A stretch of DNA of 64,000 bases from Macrostomum hystrix (Eukaryota; Animalia; Platyhelminthes), in assembly GCA_950097015.1 (NCBI GenBank), contig CATNEN010000038.1, positions 10,974,001-11,038,000 of the forward strand, read 5' to 3'. A program made the position numbers and the translations under genes. Shown here one piece after another: positions 60,705-64,000 of this stretch; within the stretch, counting starts at the first letter, position 1; each line of letters starts with the position of its first letter. The notes below the pieces were generated by a model, which was given only the letters and a program-made list of their open reading frames with translations, was not told the origin of the DNA and did not search any database.

Positions 60705-63205
60705 CCCATACTCTATCCCACCCTCTCTCCCATCCTCTCTCCCACCCTCTCTCCCATCCTTTCTCTCCCATCCTCTCTCCCATCCTCTCTCCCATCCTCT
60801 CTCCCATCCTCTCTCCCATCCTCTCTCCCATCCTCTCTCCCATCCTCTCTCCCATCCTCTCTCCCATCCTCTCTCCCATCCTCTCTCCCATCCTCTCTCC
60901 CATCCTCTCTCCCACCCTCTCTCCCATCCTCTCTCCCATCCTCTCTCCCATCCTCTCTCCCATCCTCTCTCCCATCCTCTCTCCCATCCTCTCTCCCATC
61001 CTCTCTCCCATCCTCTCTCCCATCCTCTCTCCCATCCTCTCTCCCATCCTCTCTCCCATCCTCTCTCCCATCCTCTCTCCCATCCTCTCTCCCATCCTCT
61101 CTCCCATCCTCTCTCCCATCCTCTCTCCCATCCTCTCTCCCATCCTCTCTCCCACCCTCTCTCCCATCCTCTCTCCCATCCTCTCTCCCATCCTCTCTCC
61201 CATCCTCTCTCCCATCATCTCTCCCATCCTCTATCCCACCCTCTCTCCCATCCTCTCTCTCCCATCCTCTTTCCCATTATATATAGCCTCTTATTTATGG
61301 TCACCTCTGCGCCCACTCATCCCCTATTTACCCTCTTATAGCCAGCTCATGATATTTTTTCTTGTACGAAATTACTCCTACCGTCTCTCTCTCTCCCATG
61401 ATCTCCCTCTCTCCCTTGATCTCCCTCTCTCCCTTGATCTCCCTCTCTCCCTTGATCTCCCTCTCTCCCTTGATCTCCCTCTCTCCCTTGATCTCCCTCT
61501 CTCCCTTGATCTCCCTCTCTCCCTTGATCTCCCTCTCTCCCTTGATCTCGCTCCCTCCCTTGATCTCCCTCTCTCCCTTGATCTCCCTCTCTCCCTTGAT
61601 CTCCCTCTCTCCCTTGATCTCCCTCTCTCCCTTGATCTACCTCTCTCCCTTGATCTCCCTCTCTCCCTTGATCTCGCTCCCTCCCTTGATCTCCCTCTCT
61701 CCCTTGATCTCCCTCTCTCCCTTGATCTCCCTCTCTCCCTTGATCTCCCTCTCTCCCTTGATCTCCCTCTCTCCCTTGATCTATCTCTCTCCCTTGATCT
61801 CCCTCTCTCCCTTGATCTCCCTCTCTCCCTTTATCTCCCTCTCTCCCTTTATCTCCCTCTCCCCCTTGATCTCCCTCTCTCCCTTCATCTCCCTCTCTCC
61901 CTTGATCTCCCTCTCTCCCTTGATCTCCCTCTCTCCCTTGATCTCCCTCTCTCCCTTGATCTCCCTCTCTCCCTTGATCTCCCTCTCTCCCTTGATCTCC
62001 CTCTCTCCCTTGATCTTCCTCTCTTCCTTCATCTCCCTCTCTCTCCCTTCATCTCCCTCTATCTCTCTATCTCCCTCTCTCTCACTTTATCTCCCCCTCA
62101 CCCTTCATCTTCCTCTCTCTTCATCTCCCTTTCTCTCCCTTCATCTCCCTCTCTCCCTTGATCTCCCTCTCTCCCTTGATCTCCCTCTCTCCCTTGATCT
62201 CCCTCTCTCCCTTGATCTCCCTCTCTCCCTTGATCTCCCTCTCTCCCTTGATCTCCCTCTCTCCCTTGATCTCCCTCTCTCCCTTGATCTCCCTCTCTCC
62301 CTTGATCTCGCTCCCTCCCTTGATCTCCCTCTCTCCCTTGATCTCCCTCTCTCCCTTGATCTCCCTCTCTCCCTTGATCTCCCTCTCTCCCTTTATCTCC
62401 CTCTCTCCCTTTATCTCCCTCTCCCCCTTGATCTCGCTCCCTCCCTTGATCTCCCTCTCTCCCTTGATCTCCCTCTCTCCCTTGATCTCCCTCTCTCCCT
62501 TGATCTCCCTCTCTCCCTTGATCTCCCTCTCTCCCTTGATCTCCCTCTCTCCCTTGATCTCCCTCTCTCCCTTGATCTCCCTCTCTCCCTTGATCTACCT
62601 CTCTCCCTTGATCTCCCTCTCTCCCTTGATCTCCCTCTCTCCCTTGATCTCCCTCTCTCCCTTTATCTCCCTCTCTCCCTTTATCTCCCTCTCCCCCTTG
62701 ATCTCCCTCTCTCCCTTCATCTCCCTCTCTCCCTTGATCTCCCTCTCTCCCTTGATCTCCCTCTCTCCCTTGATCTCCCTCTCTCCCTTGATCTCCCTCT
62801 CTCCCTTGATCTCCCTCTCTCCCTTGATCTCCCTCTCTCCCTTGATCTCCCTCTCTCCCTTGATCTCCCTCTCTCCCTTGATCTCCCTCTCTCCCTTGAT
62901 CTTCCTCTCTTCCTTCATCTCCCTCTCTCTCCCTTCATCTCCCTCTATCTCTCTATCTCCCTCTCTCTCACTTTATCTCCCCCTCACCCTTCATCTTCCT
63001 CTCTCTTCATCTCCCTTTCTCTCCCTTCATCTCCCTCTCTCTCTATCTCCCTCTCTCCCTTCATCTCCCTCTCTCCCTTCATCTCCCTCTCTCTCCCTTC
63101 ATCTCCCTCTCTCTCTCTTTCTCCCTCTCTCTCTTAATCTCCCTGTCTCTCCCTTCATCTCCCTCCCTCCCTTCATCTCCCTCCCTCCCTTCATCTCTGT
63201 CTCTC
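60705..63205. repeat. Pyrimidine arrays: 12-nt CATCCTCTCTCC (60705-61275) and 18-nt TTGATCTCCCTCTCTCCC (61385-63205)
   Basis: Direct inspection. Confidence 0.95.
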
Positions 63206-63814
63206 TAAGAATCATTATCAATTGTTTTCAAGAGTGTTTGGTTAGAATTTCAACTTCAAAAGCCCTCATTAAAACTAAAAGAGTGTCACAGTTATGGCAG
63301 AAAGTGCTAGCTAAATTTATTCTGTTAGAAAAAAATTCTAGACTTATCGAGTCAAGGCGGTCGCACAAGTCCACAGATAATGCCCAATAGGTAAATTGCT
63401 TGGCTAATTGTACGAGCTAAGTCTACCCCAATAGCTACCTTAGATTTCAATCAAAGCTTGTACTTGGTGTGTCGTCTTTTCGAAATTCCGTCCCCTTATC
63501 TGCAGCGCTCAATGACATCACCGCAGGCAGCATAGCAGGGCATATTAGGCATATGTAAGTTCAGCTTTGGCGGGCACAACCAACTGGCCCACAGGTGAGA
63601 GCAGCACTATTTGTCAAGCTAAAATCTGCTCAACAGACAAGAGAAAAATCATGTCCTGGAATAATCATCACCATCATCACCACCGCCACAACTGGGCGGC
63701 TGACAGGGCTTTTCAAGTGAGCATGAATAAGTCTAAATGAACCTGTCCATTTTAGACCCGTGTCTACATGTATCTGAATCTATCTTAACATTGAACACTG
63801 TTCAAAGAGTGCCT

Positions 63815-64000
63815 GATCTCAAAGAGACCCCTGTTCACTGGAGTCTGTCCTCAAAGAGACCCCTGTCCACTGGAGTCTGTCCTCAAAGAGACCCCTGTCC
63901 ACTGGAGTCTGTCCTCAAAAAGATCCCTGTCCACTTGAGCCTGTCCTCTAAAATACCCCTGTCCACTGGAGTCTGTCCTCAAAAAGATCCCTGTCCACTT
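63815..64000. repeat. ~31-nt tandem repeat CTCAAAGAGACCCCTGTCCACTGGAGTCTGTC, runs off the window
   Basis: Direct inspection. Confidence 0.9.

Noticed and set aside
60600-63390. Long ORFs (591, 410, 270, 228 aa)
   Set aside because: Translations of 12- and 18-nt pyrimidine tandem repeats that lack stops; no coding signal

Overview
Eukaryotic (animal) genomic DNA with spliceosomal genes and a minisatellite in almost every large intron. The style suggests a free-living flatworm such as Macrostomum (inference only). Seven genes were reconstructed by hand from splice sites and reading-frame phase: a 15-exon RasGRP/CalDAG-GEF (minus, 697-12522), SARAF/TMEM66 (minus), a C2H2 zinc-finger gene (plus), an unknown ~600-aa protein with two C-terminal TM helices (minus), a small single-pass membrane protein (plus), a ~20-EC non-classical cadherin with a membrane-adjacent domain (plus, 35331-53796), and a second single-pass protein (plus). 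A disrupted TRAF copy lies antisense in a RasGRP intron. Mobile DNA includes two tRNA-derived SINE families (one CORE-like), piggyBac-like non-autonomous elements, and several TIR/foldback elements. Most long ORFs in the supplied track are translations of tandem repeats. The most unusual signals are: (1) a piggyBac-like element holding an inverted copy of its host gene's own exon and 5' splice site; (2) related minisatellite cores recurring in the same orientation in neighbouring introns of the same gene; (3) intronic arrays complementary to 5' splice sites. Exon and repeat boundaries are hand-read and may be off by a few bases.
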